Assembly: GCA_965197745.1 (NCBI GenBank)
Contig: CBDANS010000006.1
Span: 576,001-640,000, forward strand
DNA: 64,000 bases
Direction: 5' to 3'
Source of the DNA: Opitutales bacterium
Lineage (GTDB): Bacteria; Verrucomicrobiota; Verrucomicrobiia; Opitutales; PNEW01
Made by a program: the position numbers and the translations under genes. Below the pieces are notes generated by a model. The model was given only the letters and a program-made list of their open reading frames with translations, had not been told where the DNA came from and did not search any database. Shown here in pieces: positions 8,564 through 18,351 of the stretch (the stretch's first letter is position 1; the number at the start of each line of letters is the position of its first letter).

Positions 8564-10012
8564 GAGGGATCTTTCTGTTTCAGCCCTTCCAGCAACTGCA
8601 ATGATGGCAGTTTGACGCTGCCTATCCTGGAGTATAGCCACGATTTCGGGTGTTCGATTACCGGTGGCTATCGTTACCGGGGAACGATGATTCCAAATCT
8701 ATTTGCAACCTATCTTTACGCTGATTTCTGTTCCGGGAGAATCTGGGGAGCGACAGAGATTAGTAACAACGTATGGATGGCGACAGTAATTATAGACACT
8801 GTTTTTTCGATTAGTACTTTTGGTGAAGACGATTCCGGTGAGATTTATTTTGCTCACTACGCCGACAGTGGGACGATCTATCGCCTGAGTCCCGGATTTG
8901 ATAACACCCCACCGTCGATCACTGCGCACCCCATCAGCCAGGAAGTGCAGTCGGGCACCTCCGTCGTATTATCTGTCGCCGCGAGCGGTGATGATCTCAC
9001 CTACCAGTGGTATGAAGGCAATATAGGTGACACAGCGAGTTTGATCGCTGGCGCCACCAGCAGTACTTTCACGTCGGAAGCTCTCACCGCGAGCACAAAT
9101 TTCTGGGTACAGATAAGCAATGCCGGAGGGACTGTTAACAGTGAGACCGCAGTGATCACGGTATCGGCGCCACTCCTCACTCTCGTTCTCGACGGTTCGG
9201 GCGATATCGCCGGTGAAAACATCCAGCACCCTAACGGAAACATCTTTGACCAGATCCTGTTAACCGGAGAAAGCATCCGGCTTCAGGCAAGACCCAATCG
9301 GATTACCCGGGTATCGTTCATGGACGAAAACGAGGACATTGTGCAGGTAGAGTTCTCAGGCGCAGGGACCTTTACTGTAATCCTCGACCCGGCCACCTTC
9401 CTGCCCCCGGCCCCTCCCCCACGCTACAATCAGGCAATCGAGTACGTAACAGGCAAACCAAGCGTGGTCATCGATGGAACCGACTCCAGTACATTTTTCA
9501 GTATCTTCACCGTTGGTTCAATCAACGCCGTGAACCAGGCTCTGTTCCCTGAGGGACAAGTCTATGATGCCCAGGCCGATGTCACCCTTGTGGAAGTGAT
9601 TAACTCCACGGGAATGGGAGGGATGCAATTGTCAAACACCGTCTTCAGTGGAAGCACGGGCAAAGTCGGTGTCGATGCGAGAGGAGTACCGATCGCGGTT
9701 CGGTTAACGGTTGGAGACATCGATGCCAGTGAGGAAGCGGTGCCCCACCTCTTGTTGGGAGAAGGGTCCTTCACGGTACCCTCGGGCAACCCCGGTTTGA
9801 GGATCACCGGAGGAGACTTGCTGCAGACGAATGGCGCAGCGGTCGTCGTCGCGGAGAGTGGATCGACGACAACGGGATTTGAGACCCTGATAACCCAGAA
9901 TAACTTTAAGTCCGACAACACACCTCAACCGACGCAGAGCATTAATGCGACTTTTGTAAACGAAGCCGGGAATGACCTCACGGTGACCATTGAAGAACTG
10001 ACGATTGAATGA
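8564..10012 (+). pseudogene. 5'-truncated glucose/sorbosone dehydrogenase (PQQ beta-propeller)-like protein with Ig-like domain and a ~280-aa C-terminal domain
   Basis: Frame is open from the IS end (EGSFCFSPSSNCNDGSLTLPILEYSH..GCSITGGYRYRG..YLYADFCSGRIW..FGED); Ig motif PPSIT..LTYQWY; N-terminus missing. Confidence 0.8.
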
Positions 10013-10061
10013 TGCAATTGCCGAATACTGATTTTCGATTTATTCCCTTTGTCAGGCAAGT

Positions 10062-10137
10062 AGGTGGAACGCGCTGTCCCTAGCGCGTTGAGGATATCAC
10101 GATTGAAGAAGCGTGCTAGGGACAGCCCGCTCCACCT
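10062..10137. repeat. Inverted REP-like pair
   Basis: AGGTGGAACGCGCTGTCCCTAGCGCG ... GCGTGCTAGGGACAGCCCGCTCCACCT. Confidence 0.7.
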
Positions 10138-10159
10138 TCAGCCATCACTCGTATCGTGA

Positions 10160-10520
10160 TGCTGATGATATCCGATTTTTGATATCTGATATTCGATTTT
10201 CGAGGTGTTGGAGTTACTTCAGATATCGAATATCGGATATCGTACTTCGTATATCTGTCAACTTAATGTTCGGGTTGCTTTTGATCCTACACAAGAAAGA
10301 GTTGGCCACTACCGAGCGTAGCGAGATCTTACAATCCATGCAGATGTCGGAAGCCTATTGACATTCCCCTGGATTGCCGCGTCGAGCTACTCCTCGCAAT
10401 GACAATTTTATAAAAACTCATTCTTGTGCCTTGTGGAAGATCTCGCTGCGCTCTGGTAGTGGCTATTTTTTCTTACTTCGCACATCGTATATCGCATATC
10501 GTACTTCGTATATCTGTTTT
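10160..10520. repeat. Degenerate 7-mer tracts around a branched palindrome and a half RPE-like element
   Basis: gatatcc/gatattc and gatatcg/aatatcg 7-mers; GCCACTACCGAGCGTAGCGAGATCT (~10304) pairs with AGATCTCGCTGCGCTCTGGTAGTGGC (~10438); GGATTGCC..CTCCTCGCAATGAC at 10371-10403. Confidence 0.65.
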
Positions 10521-10566
10521 TTGGTATCCGTTAAGCGCCTTTCCGACGATTAACTGAGCATCTTTT

Positions 10567-11022
10567 TTAATAAAACTCCATTTCTTGAATGGGGAGATAG
10601 AGTACTTCTTTAAAACCATTCTTGAAGTCGTTCCAGAAATCATTTCTTAAGACTTCGGGAAAGAGTATCCTGTCAATCAATTCTTTTCTGTCGAACCAAC
10701 CCGCTTCAACGATGTGCTCACGCGCCGTTTCCGATTCCGCCACGTGCGGTGTCCCGGAGCGATAGTCACATAAAACCCAAACCTTTAATAATCTTAGCTC
10801 AGGATTATATAATTCTTCCACATAGGCCATTTTACCTGGCTCGACATCTATGCTTGTCTCTTCCAGTACTTCCCTTTTCGCGGCATCGAAAACACTTTCA
10901 GATCCCTGGACGCCACCACCCGGAGCCACCAAAAAATCATAGGCTCCCTCTTTCTTGTGACGGACAAGCAAAATCTTCTCTTCATTGACAACGAGAGCTC
11001 CGGCGGAAATCCGATGAATCAT
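10567..11022 (-). CDS. NUDIX hydrolase
   Basis: PGGGVQGSESVFDAAKREVLEET. Confidence 0.9.
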   Translation of the reverse strand: MIHRISAGALVVNEEKILLVRHKKEGAYDFLVAPGGGVQGSESVFDAAKREVLEETSIDVEPGKMAYVEELYNPELRLLKVWVLCDYRSGTPHVAESETAREHIVEAGWFDRKELIDRILFPEVLRNDFWNDFKNGFKEVLYLPIQEMEFY

Positions 11023-11405
11023 CGATTGCCCGGTTTTCTCTTATGAATGCCAATCTTGTTGCCATCGGGATCCGAGATGACCGCAATATAACAAGACCAG
11101 CACTCAGCGGGCCCAAGTTCTATGCTGACACCGCAGTCTTTAATGTGCTGGATAGCTTCGTCAAAGTCTTCGACTTCAAGAGAGAGTCCAGAACTTGGCT
11201 GTTCAGGGGGTTTACCATCTTCCCATGCCGTGGTTATAGCGAGCGTATTGGGACCAATTTCATATTCGAAAAATCCCCTGTCTGAATTTAATTCTCCATC
11301 CATGACTTTGGGTGGCGGAAGTCGAAGGACTTCTTCATAAAATTTTCGTGCACGCTTCATACTCTCTACGGGATGACCGACAAACGCGAATTCAGTAATT
11401 TTCAT
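11019..11405 (-). CDS. VOC/glyoxalase family protein
   Basis: V.SMKRARKFYEEVL, LEVEDFD, DPDGNKIGI. Confidence 0.9.
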   Translation of the reverse strand: MKITEFAFVGHPVESMKRARKFYEEVLRLPPPKVMDGELNSDRGFFEYEIGPNTLAITTAWEDGKPPEQPSSGLSLEVEDFDEAIQHIKDCGVSIELGPAECWSCYIAVISDPDGNKIGIHKRKPGNR

Positions 11406-11439
11406 GATTTACTCCTGTTCTCATAGTATAGTTAATAAT

Positions 11440-12016
11440 ATATGAGATAGACGAGGACGAAGAATTGATGTCTATCCCTTTACAATATAGCTGTGTATTC
11501 ATCATTCCCATAAATTTAATACGGCCACGACGACGCGTGGCCCTCCAGGTAATAGGGTGATTATGGGATCATATGTGAATGTGGGGATGCGTAGATGCGT
11601 GAATGTGGGAACATGTGGATATGTGAATGAACTTTATGGAGGGACGCGCGTCGTCGCGTCCGCGTTTTATGTTAATTAGATGGAGATTAAGAAGTGTTGC
11701 ATCACATGCAATAATCTTCGTCTACGTCTGCCTCCACCTCTTCGTCTTGAATTGAAATCTCAAATATTGTAAATAATTTATGGAGATAGACGAAGAATTG
11801 ATGCATCTCTCATTACAATTTATCTGCTTATTCATCATTCCCATAAATTTAATATGGCCACGACGACGCGTGTCCCTCCAGGGAATTATGGATATGTGGG
11901 TAAGCGTATAAGAGGAAACGTGGGGTGAAATAACTGGAGGGACGCACGTCGTTGCGTCCGCGTATAATCCATTATATTCCGAACACCTGGCGGCCATGAC
12001 GGAGCATGGCCCTCCA
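11440..12016. repeat. REP cluster with a ~340-bp degenerate tandem duplication
   Basis: Five GGAGGG-C/AC-GCG..CG.GTCC/GGCC REP palindromes (~11522, 11638, 11856, 11936, 11991); 11444-11548 resembles 11782-11881. Confidence 0.8.
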
Positions 12017-12027
12017 TTAATTTTCAT

Positions 12028-12921
12028 TTATAATACCACTTTGGGGGTTGAATTTTCAGCTGGTTGATTATCATACCCGGGCCAATCATCGGCAATATAT
12101 TTAACAACACTGTCCTCTTCATTGGTTCCGATGATATGGCTCGCATGAGACTTTAATTCGTCAGAGCCGTTTGCCACGGCAATCGCACGATCGGATAACT
12201 TAAACATTTTAAGATCATTAGCGCTATCTCCGAAAGTAACGAGTTCCTGAATATCTTCCCTCCCGTTTCTCAAGACCTTCTGTATCCCTTTATCCTTGGA
12301 AGCCTCCCGATCCTGAAGCGTCAACCAGTACCATCCCGGGGAATACACATTTTCCAAACAATGCATCTCAACCATTTGATCGAAATCTTCTTCGATCGCG
12401 TGCGCCAATTCGAGCATCACCTCTCTTTTACCGATTGTCGTGATACAAACCACATCATCGTCAAAAGAGTCGGAAATATTTTCAATTTTTCGCAACCGTG
12501 AATCATTATGAGCGACGAGGCTTTTATAATACCAGTCCATTCCTTCATTGGCAATCTCTGTAAAATAGAGACAATCCTGCTGCCCATTATAGGTTGAAAT
12601 ATAGGGCACGCAACCACGGTCATCTATAAGTTGGTAGATAGCTTCAACCGTCTCCCGATTGATTTCATTGATAACCTCATGATGACCTGTTTTGAGATCG
12701 GAAATGAATGCTCCATTTAATTCAATGATCGGCAACTGAATTTCCAAACCTTCGAGTATCGGGCGCATTGAGACGACGCTTCGAGCGCTTGCAACCGTGA
12801 ATTGCAGCCCATCGGCAATCATTCCGTTAAGACAATGCTTGCTATACGAAGAAAGACTGGCGTCATCTCTAAGCAGAGTGCCGTCCAGATCGGAAATATA
12901 AATTACTTTATCGCTCATCAA
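12028..12921 (-). CDS. Cof-type HAD-IIB hydrolase
   Basis: SDLDGTLL, ASAR, NGA, SKDKG, FGDSANDLKMF. Confidence 0.92.
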   Translation of the reverse strand: MMSDKVIYISDLDGTLLRDDASLSSYSKHCLNGMIADGLQFTVASARSVVSMRPILEGLEIQLPIIELNGAFISDLKTGHHEVINEINRETVEAIYQLIDDRGCVPYISTYNGQQDCLYFTEIANEGMDWYYKSLVAHNDSRLRKIENISDSFDDDVVCITTIGKREVMLELAHAIEEDFDQMVEMHCLENVYSPGWYWLTLQDREASKDKGIQKVLRNGREDIQELVTFGDSANDLKMFKLSDRAIAVANGSDELKSHASHIIGTNEEDSVVKYIADDWPGYDNQPAENSTPKVVL

Positions 12922-12956
12922 TAGGTTGGAATGGAGCTCTCCCCCTTAAATCCCCT

Positions 12957-13862
12957 CTACTTTTTTATCTCTAATAAATCATGATCACGCATCCAGTCGG
13001 CCCATCGGTGGTGCCAGGTTGAGACCGGAAGATCCCAGGTTTCCCCGTGATGTATGACATTGGGACGCAGACCGAAACCGTGTTCACCTTTTTCGTAGAT
13101 GTGCATCTCTGCCGGCACCTTTGCTTTTTTAAGAGCCAGGTAGAAATTTATACTAGTTTCTGCCCAATCAATTGATTCTTCGTCGGTCAGGATAATAAAA
13201 GTGGGCGGGGTGTTAGAAGAAACTTTATCCACATTATTGGCTCCGTATTGAAGAACCAAATAGTCTGGCCTGGAACTGACTCTATCAATGGGATCCTCGG
13301 CGTCACTTATTCCATTATCAAATTCTGTTGCTGCATCCGCAGCTATCATCGCACCCGCTGAACCACCCATAATTATTATCTTATGAGAATCTATATTCCA
13401 TTCTTCAGCTCGACTACGCACCAACCTAATGGCGCGTTGCGCATCGTGAAGCGGGATGGGATGATCGAAAGGGGGAACAGTACGGTACTTAAGAACAAAT
13501 CCAGCAACGCCGAGAGTATTCAACCATTCAGCAATTTCATATCCTCCCTTATCGATGGCGAGATACCTGAACCCTCCACCGGGACAAATTATTACTGAAG
13601 TCCCAGTCGCTTTGTTTTTTGAGGGCAGGTAAATCCTCAAGGTAGGTTCAGTAACATTATAGATGGCGCGATCAACGATACCGGTGGTACGATAGACAAC
13701 TTCCTCATTGACTGTAAATTCCTCAGATCCCGGAGCCCCGTCTGGCCAAAGAGGAATTTCCGTGAATTGAGCACCAAAGGCCCGACAGGATAATAACAAT
13801 AACGCTGTTAGTATTGCGATTTTGAACAACCTGAACGTGTTATTAAATTTTATCATGATCAA
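12957..13862 (-). CDS. Secreted alpha/beta hydrolase (acetyl esterase-like)
   Basis: Signal peptide, CPGGG, GGSAG nucleophile elbow, EMHIYEKGEHGFG. Confidence 0.88.
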   Translation of the reverse strand: MIMIKFNNTFRLFKIAILTALLLLSCRAFGAQFTEIPLWPDGAPGSEEFTVNEEVVYRTTGIVDRAIYNVTEPTLRIYLPSKNKATGTSVIICPGGGFRYLAIDKGGYEIAEWLNTLGVAGFVLKYRTVPPFDHPIPLHDAQRAIRLVRSRAEEWNIDSHKIIIMGGSAGAMIAADAATEFDNGISDAEDPIDRVSSRPDYLVLQYGANNVDKVSSNTPPTFIILTDEESIDWAETSINFYLALKKAKVPAEMHIYEKGEHGFGLRPNVIHHGETWDLPVSTWHHRWADWMRDHDLLEIKK

Positions 13863-13927
13863 TTATAATTACTGGTAAATATTGGATGCTTTATCTCTAT
13901 CATCGTAGTCTGAAACCACATTACGAG

Positions 13928-14395
13928 TCAAATGGGGTCGGACTGACTGATAGCAAACCAATATATCCAAAGAAGGATAACGACCTGCAGCGGGGCGCGT
14001 ATCAGGAGATAAACGGGCCCCCAGGCATGACCTCCCATCGGGATATGATTTATCGCGGCGTAGACATTCGCGGGAAAGAATAAAATAAGCATGACTGCAG
14101 CAAACCATCCGGTGAATCGCCTCGTTTTTTTCGCAAGGAAACCCGCGGCAATTGCGAACTCCATGAATCCCGTTAGGTAAACTAGAAGCTCCCGCTCCGG
14201 GACCCACGGTGGTAACATGGCAGCCATCGGCTCGGTCATAATAAAGTGTCCCATACCCGTGAAAACGAACAAAATGGTCAGGCCGAGAGCGGCGGCGCGT
14301 TGAAGGTCAAATTCATGATGCAGCGCAGCTGACAGTAACCGTGCGACGGCATAAGGACCGATCATTAGTATCAGCATCAAAATTGGCGCTGTCAT
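13928..14395 (-). CDS. DoxX-like membrane protein
   Basis: FTGMGHF..MLPPWVP..LVYLTG..E..FPANV..R.PLQ. Confidence 0.8.
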   Translation of the reverse strand: MTAPILMLILMIGPYAVARLLSAALHHEFDLQRAAALGLTILFVFTGMGHFIMTEPMAAMLPPWVPERELLVYLTGFMEFAIAAGFLAKKTRRFTGWFAAVMLILFFPANVYAAINHIPMGGHAWGPVYLLIRAPLQVVILLWIYWFAISQSDPI

Positions 14396-14424
14396 TACAA
14401 TTATCGGAGTTTTTCAGTCCCCTG

Positions 14425-15273
14425 CTAAGGTTTTTCACCACGTCTTAACCTCGCCTCGATATCATCTAAGCACGGCATCAGATCAGCAATGCTGTCGACA
14501 ACATAGTGGGCCCCACGCTGGTACATGGTGGGGTAAATGCGATCCCGGTGTTTTTGTTTTACCTCGTCGGGGAAGGCGTTCCAATCTTCGAGCGGGACAC
14601 CCACCTCATTGCCGGAAACAGCCAACCCAACGGCCCAGCAACCTGCATTGAGACCTTCCTCGATTCCGGTCAAGGTATCGTCGATTTTTACTACCGATTG
14701 CACCGGCGAAACGTCGAGTTCAATGATGTTACGCAATACCATGTGCGGGTAGGGACGTCCACGCTTCACATCGCCGGCTCCGTAGGTGGCGTCGGGGGCA
14801 TAACCCTGTTTTTCCGCATCCGCCTGGTTGATGGCGAGCATGCCGGGTAGATATCCGGAAGTAGAACCAATCTTATAGCCACGCTTACGGCATTCTGCGA
14901 CGACCTCGAGTGTGCCTGGTATGAGTTTTGAGTATTGCGACAGGCAAGCTTCCTGCATGGGCACGAAATCTTTAAACATACGGTTCACGTCATCCGCAGT
15001 CGGTTCGGCGCCGTGGGTTTCAACCCAATGCCGGCTAACACTGGGAATTTCGCAGATCAATCCGATATGAACTTTCTTGTGCGCCCCCATGGGAATGCGT
15101 GCTTCCTCAAGGGTGATGGGGACGCCGGCTTTCTCAAACACCTGGCGGAAAACTACAGCCGGCGCCATGCAACCGAAGTCCAGGGTTGTGCCAGCCCAAT
15201 CGAGGATGATGCCGCGGATCGGGCCACGGTATGCACGGTCGTATGTAAATTCACGTTCGTTTGTAAATTGCAT
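14425..15273 (-). CDS. phnX: Phosphonoacetaldehyde hydrolase (phosphonatase)
   Basis: DWAGTTLDFGCMAP, PMGAHK (Schiff-base Lys), GRPYP, VK.DDT..G..EG.NAG.W, SGNE. Confidence 0.93.
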   Translation of the reverse strand: MQFTNEREFTYDRAYRGPIRGIILDWAGTTLDFGCMAPAVVFRQVFEKAGVPITLEEARIPMGAHKKVHIGLICEIPSVSRHWVETHGAEPTADDVNRMFKDFVPMQEACLSQYSKLIPGTLEVVAECRKRGYKIGSTSGYLPGMLAINQADAEKQGYAPDATYGAGDVKRGRPYPHMVLRNIIELDVSPVQSVVKIDDTLTGIEEGLNAGCWAVGLAVSGNEVGVPLEDWNAFPDEVKQKHRDRIYPTMYQRGAHYVVDSIADLMPCLDDIEARLRRGEKP

Positions 15274-15359
15274 AAGAAATGAACTTTATCCTGGGGGCTT
15301 TAGGGTTTCAGGTAAAGGGTATTACTATCAGTTGCTGTGGTACCGGATATTATTGCACG

Positions 15360-15800
15360 TGGTTCAGCGCGATGTCGGTTATCTCCTTATTGTCATTGCG
15401 AGGCCACTAATATTAAATTAGCGGACGTGATTAGCCTCGTCCCGTTCCCCGGACGCGACGGAGCGCGTCCCTCCATTTTCTTCACCCTTAATATAGACAT
15501 TGTATCTCAAAAAAAGATCACCCTTCTGGAGGGCCACGCGTCGTCGTGGCCGTGGCGATCTAGAGCTATGTCGGCTTCTCCTCGGTACGATTGCTGATTG
15601 AATAAGAGAATGGCGGATGTCGGTTATCTCCATATTGTCATTGCGAGTCCTGCAACCGCAGAACGAAGCAATCCAGGGGATCGCCGGTTACGTGTTGATA
15701 TTCGCCTGGATTGCTTCGTCGCAACGCTCCTCGCAATGACATGTGAGAAAGCAGACTTTACCGCATACGCGCATTTCCGTGTATTCGCTTATCCCCTTTT
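15360..15800. repeat. Composite repeat block: REP palindromes, a full RPE-like palindrome (15636-15741) and an 8-mer tract
   Basis: GGACGCGACGGAGCGCGTCCCTCC (~15451), GGAGGGCCACGCGTCGTCGTGGCC (~15528), TGTCATTGCGAG...CTCGCAATGACA. Confidence 0.85.
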
Positions 15801-15823
15801 GTCTTCTTCATATTGCAAGCTGT

Positions 15824-15914
15824 CTATTGTTGATTAACTCGAGTATAGAAATTGATAAGGTTACTTTCCGGTTCAATTTTGAGAACTTCCCTGTAAAATG
15901 CCCTCAAACGTTCA
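15824..15914 (-). pseudogene. Internally deleted remnant of the VOC gene at 21971-22366
   Basis: 15824-15864 matches 21968-22008 and 15865-15914 matches 22261-22310. Confidence 0.8.
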
Positions 15915-16640
15915 GGAAAATTGGTTCTCAATCAACGCGGGAAGATCCTTGACGCTGGGAATGACGTGTGTGTGCCAATAGCTTCCCCATGCTTCGACCG
16001 GTCGAGGACCGCTCAGGACACCGACAATTCCGCGACATCCGGCGTTGTATCCTTCCAGCATATCGGCGGGGGTATCGCCGATCTTGAGCACCTCGTGCAC
16101 GCTCTGTATGTCAAGCTGTGTCATGGCGTAGTAAATCATGAAGGGGGCAGGTCGGCCGCGGTCGCCGGGAATATGCTCAACATCGACAGAAATATCGACC
16201 AATCCGTCTCGGACCCATCCCAAACCGTCCATGATCGCTTCTGTAATATCCCGGTGAAAACCTGTGTCAGTGGCCACCTTAATGCCGTGCTCGTGACACC
16301 ACCGGAAGGTGTCTGAAGCTCCCTCGACCTCGCGGACTTCCTTGCTATAGTGATCGATCATGATCTGCGAATATCGATCGAAGATCTTCGTTGCTTCCTC
16401 TTTCGTTTCCGGATCGATGTTCTTCTCGAAATCTTCGATTGTAATGTCCTGCCCCCTCGCGCGGGCGATGAGAAACTGATAGAGATGAATCTTGTTCGTC
16501 CCCATGTGCAGAAGTATTTCGTCAGGTGTGGTTTTCAAATCGAATTCCACGGCTGCCTTGTAGAGACAGTCCCGGACCCCGGTGTCGTCGTGAACCGTTG
16601 TTCCTGAGAGATCAAACATGACCATACTTAATTTGCTCAT
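15912..16640 (-). CDS. Phosphonatase-like HAD hydrolase (PhnX-like)
   Basis: FDLSGTTVHD, HMGTNK, TGF, GRPAPFMI, K.GDTPADM.EG.NAG. Confidence 0.85.
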   Translation of the reverse strand: MSKLSMVMFDLSGTTVHDDTGVRDCLYKAAVEFDLKTTPDEILLHMGTNKIHLYQFLIARARGQDITIEDFEKNIDPETKEEATKIFDRYSQIMIDHYSKEVREVEGASDTFRWCHEHGIKVATDTGFHRDITEAIMDGLGWVRDGLVDISVDVEHIPGDRGRPAPFMIYYAMTQLDIQSVHEVLKIGDTPADMLEGYNAGCRGIVGVLSGPRPVEAWGSYWHTHVIPSVKDLPALIENQFS

Positions 16641-16709
16641 TCCTATTGTATTCCTTTCTAATTGGTTAATGGTTCAGACTTTCGCCTTCTATTCCGTGCC
16701 ACCCGCGTT

Positions 16710-17438
16710 TCAACCCTGGCAGCTCGCGTGTAATTGAACAATTTCGGAAAGGGTAAGCATGGCGTCCGGTGAATCACCTAATTCCGCCACCACATGGTCA
16801 GCCTCTGAAAAATCTTCCTCTGCGCTATAGGCGCTGGTGGTTACGAGACAAATCATGCCGGCCGCTTTCGCAGCCAACAGGCCGTTTCGAGTATCCTCGA
16901 CAACGACACAGTCTTGCGCCGAAACACTGAGTCGCTCCCGGGCGAGATTGTAGATTTCCGGGTCAGGCTTTTTATTTTGGACGATATCGCCGGCCAAAAT
17001 TTCATCAAATTTCGCTTTTCTATGCGGGCCGAGTAACTTTTCCAAAATAAGGTTTACCGACCTCTCGTTTGAGGTGGAACAAACAGCCAGCTTAACACCG
17101 ACCTCAATGGCTTCATCGATTATTCGCTCCACCCCGGAGCGTAGCGGCAGTTCTCCTGAATCAATGATGCGCATGAATATATCGGTTTTCAGCGCATGTA
17201 ATTCCTTTATAAATTTATCGCGGTCCTCTTCCCTTACTCCGGGCGGCCACCCATCGCCATGGAAGTGATGCCGCATGCGCTCCTTGCCCCCGGATATGGC
17301 CAAAAGTCGACCATATAGTTCAACGCTCCATTGCACATTCAATTCATATTGGGAAAATGCGCGGTTGAAGGACACCCGGTGTCCGTCGCGTTCAGTGTCG
17401 ACCAACACGCCATCGCAATCAAAAATTAATGCTTTCAC
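16710..17438 (-). CDS. CbbY-like HAD hydrolase (sugar-phosphate phosphatase family)
   Basis: FDCDGVLVDTERDGHRVSFN, GGKERM, KKPDPEIY, VEDT.NGL. Confidence 0.88.
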   Translation of the reverse strand: MKALIFDCDGVLVDTERDGHRVSFNRAFSQYELNVQWSVELYGRLLAISGGKERMRHHFHGDGWPPGVREEDRDKFIKELHALKTDIFMRIIDSGELPLRSGVERIIDEAIEVGVKLAVCSTSNERSVNLILEKLLGPHRKAKFDEILAGDIVQNKKPDPEIYNLARERLSVSAQDCVVVEDTRNGLLAAKAAGMICLVTTSAYSAEEDFSEADHVVAELGDSPDAMLTLSEIVQLHASCQG

Positions 17439-18310
17439 TTTACTGATGCCAAATCCTGCCCTTTACCAGATCCACCAAACTGCCGGATCTTTTCTCTAAC
17501 AAGCTGCTTCATACTTGTATACTGGGCTTCCAACACCCGCAGCGGTTCGTAGTCGTCGGGATTGTCACGGTGGTAATCGGCAAACCCATCGATGAAGGCG
17601 TGCTTCAGGTTAGTCGAGATATTCACTTTAGCGCAGCCCGACTTTATGCAGCGCTGAATAATCTCGTTGGACAGTCCAGTTCCACCGTGAAGAGCCAGGG
17701 GTGTAGCCGTTCGGTGATAAATTTCATCGATTAAATCAAAAGCAACATTGGGTGTTCCCTTGTAAAACCCGTGAGCGGTGCCAATAGCCGGAGCGAAAAC
17801 ACCCAGATCGAGTTCCCGGCAAAAAATTTCCGCTTTGTCTGGATCCGCCAGATGAGCATCCCCATTCCCAACGACAATCTCTTCTTCAACCCCGACGATT
17901 TCTCCCAATTCCGCTTCAACACCAACCCCCGCCGGAGTGGCCATCTCCAGAACCTGACGGGAGACAGCAAGATTCTCATCAAAAGGCAGGTGCGAGCCAT
18001 CGATCATGACGGAAGTCCACCCCGTTTCAATGCAACGGCGGATCATATCCAATTCTTTGCCGTGATCCAGATGGAGGACGACAGGGAAAGGTGAATGCTC
18101 CGCCAGATCCCGCATCCAACCCGCTAATGTTTCATGCCCGTAATATCGCACTGTTTTGGCCGATGCCTGAACGATCACCGGGGCATTCTCTTCTTCCGCC
18201 GCGCGCACGATGGCTTTCATGGAAGCGTAATCAACCGGGTTGAATGCTCCCACGGCATAACCTGCTTTAGATGCGGCTTTCAATATCGGATTCAAACTTA
18301 CTAATGACAT
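17435..18310 (-). CDS. Class II fructose/tagatose-bisphosphate aldolase family
   Basis: HLDHG, SVMIDGS, VEAELG, GTAHG, LHGGTG, KVNIST; start taken as MSLV at 18310 (ORF extends to 18361). Confidence 0.92.
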   Translation of the reverse strand: MSLVSLNPILKAASKAGYAVGAFNPVDYASMKAIVRAAEEENAPVIVQASAKTVRYYGHETLAGWMRDLAEHSPFPVVLHLDHGKELDMIRRCIETGWTSVMIDGSHLPFDENLAVSRQVLEMATPAGVGVEAELGEIVGVEEEIVVGNGDAHLADPDKAEIFCRELDLGVFAPAIGTAHGFYKGTPNVAFDLIDEIYHRTATPLALHGGTGLSNEIIQRCIKSGCAKVNISTNLKHAFIDGFADYHRDNPDDYEPLRVLEAQYTSMKQLVREKIRQFGGSGKGQDLASVK

Positions 18311-18351
18311 TTCATGCTCTTCTTTTGATTTTTTTAAATTCGGATTTGTAA

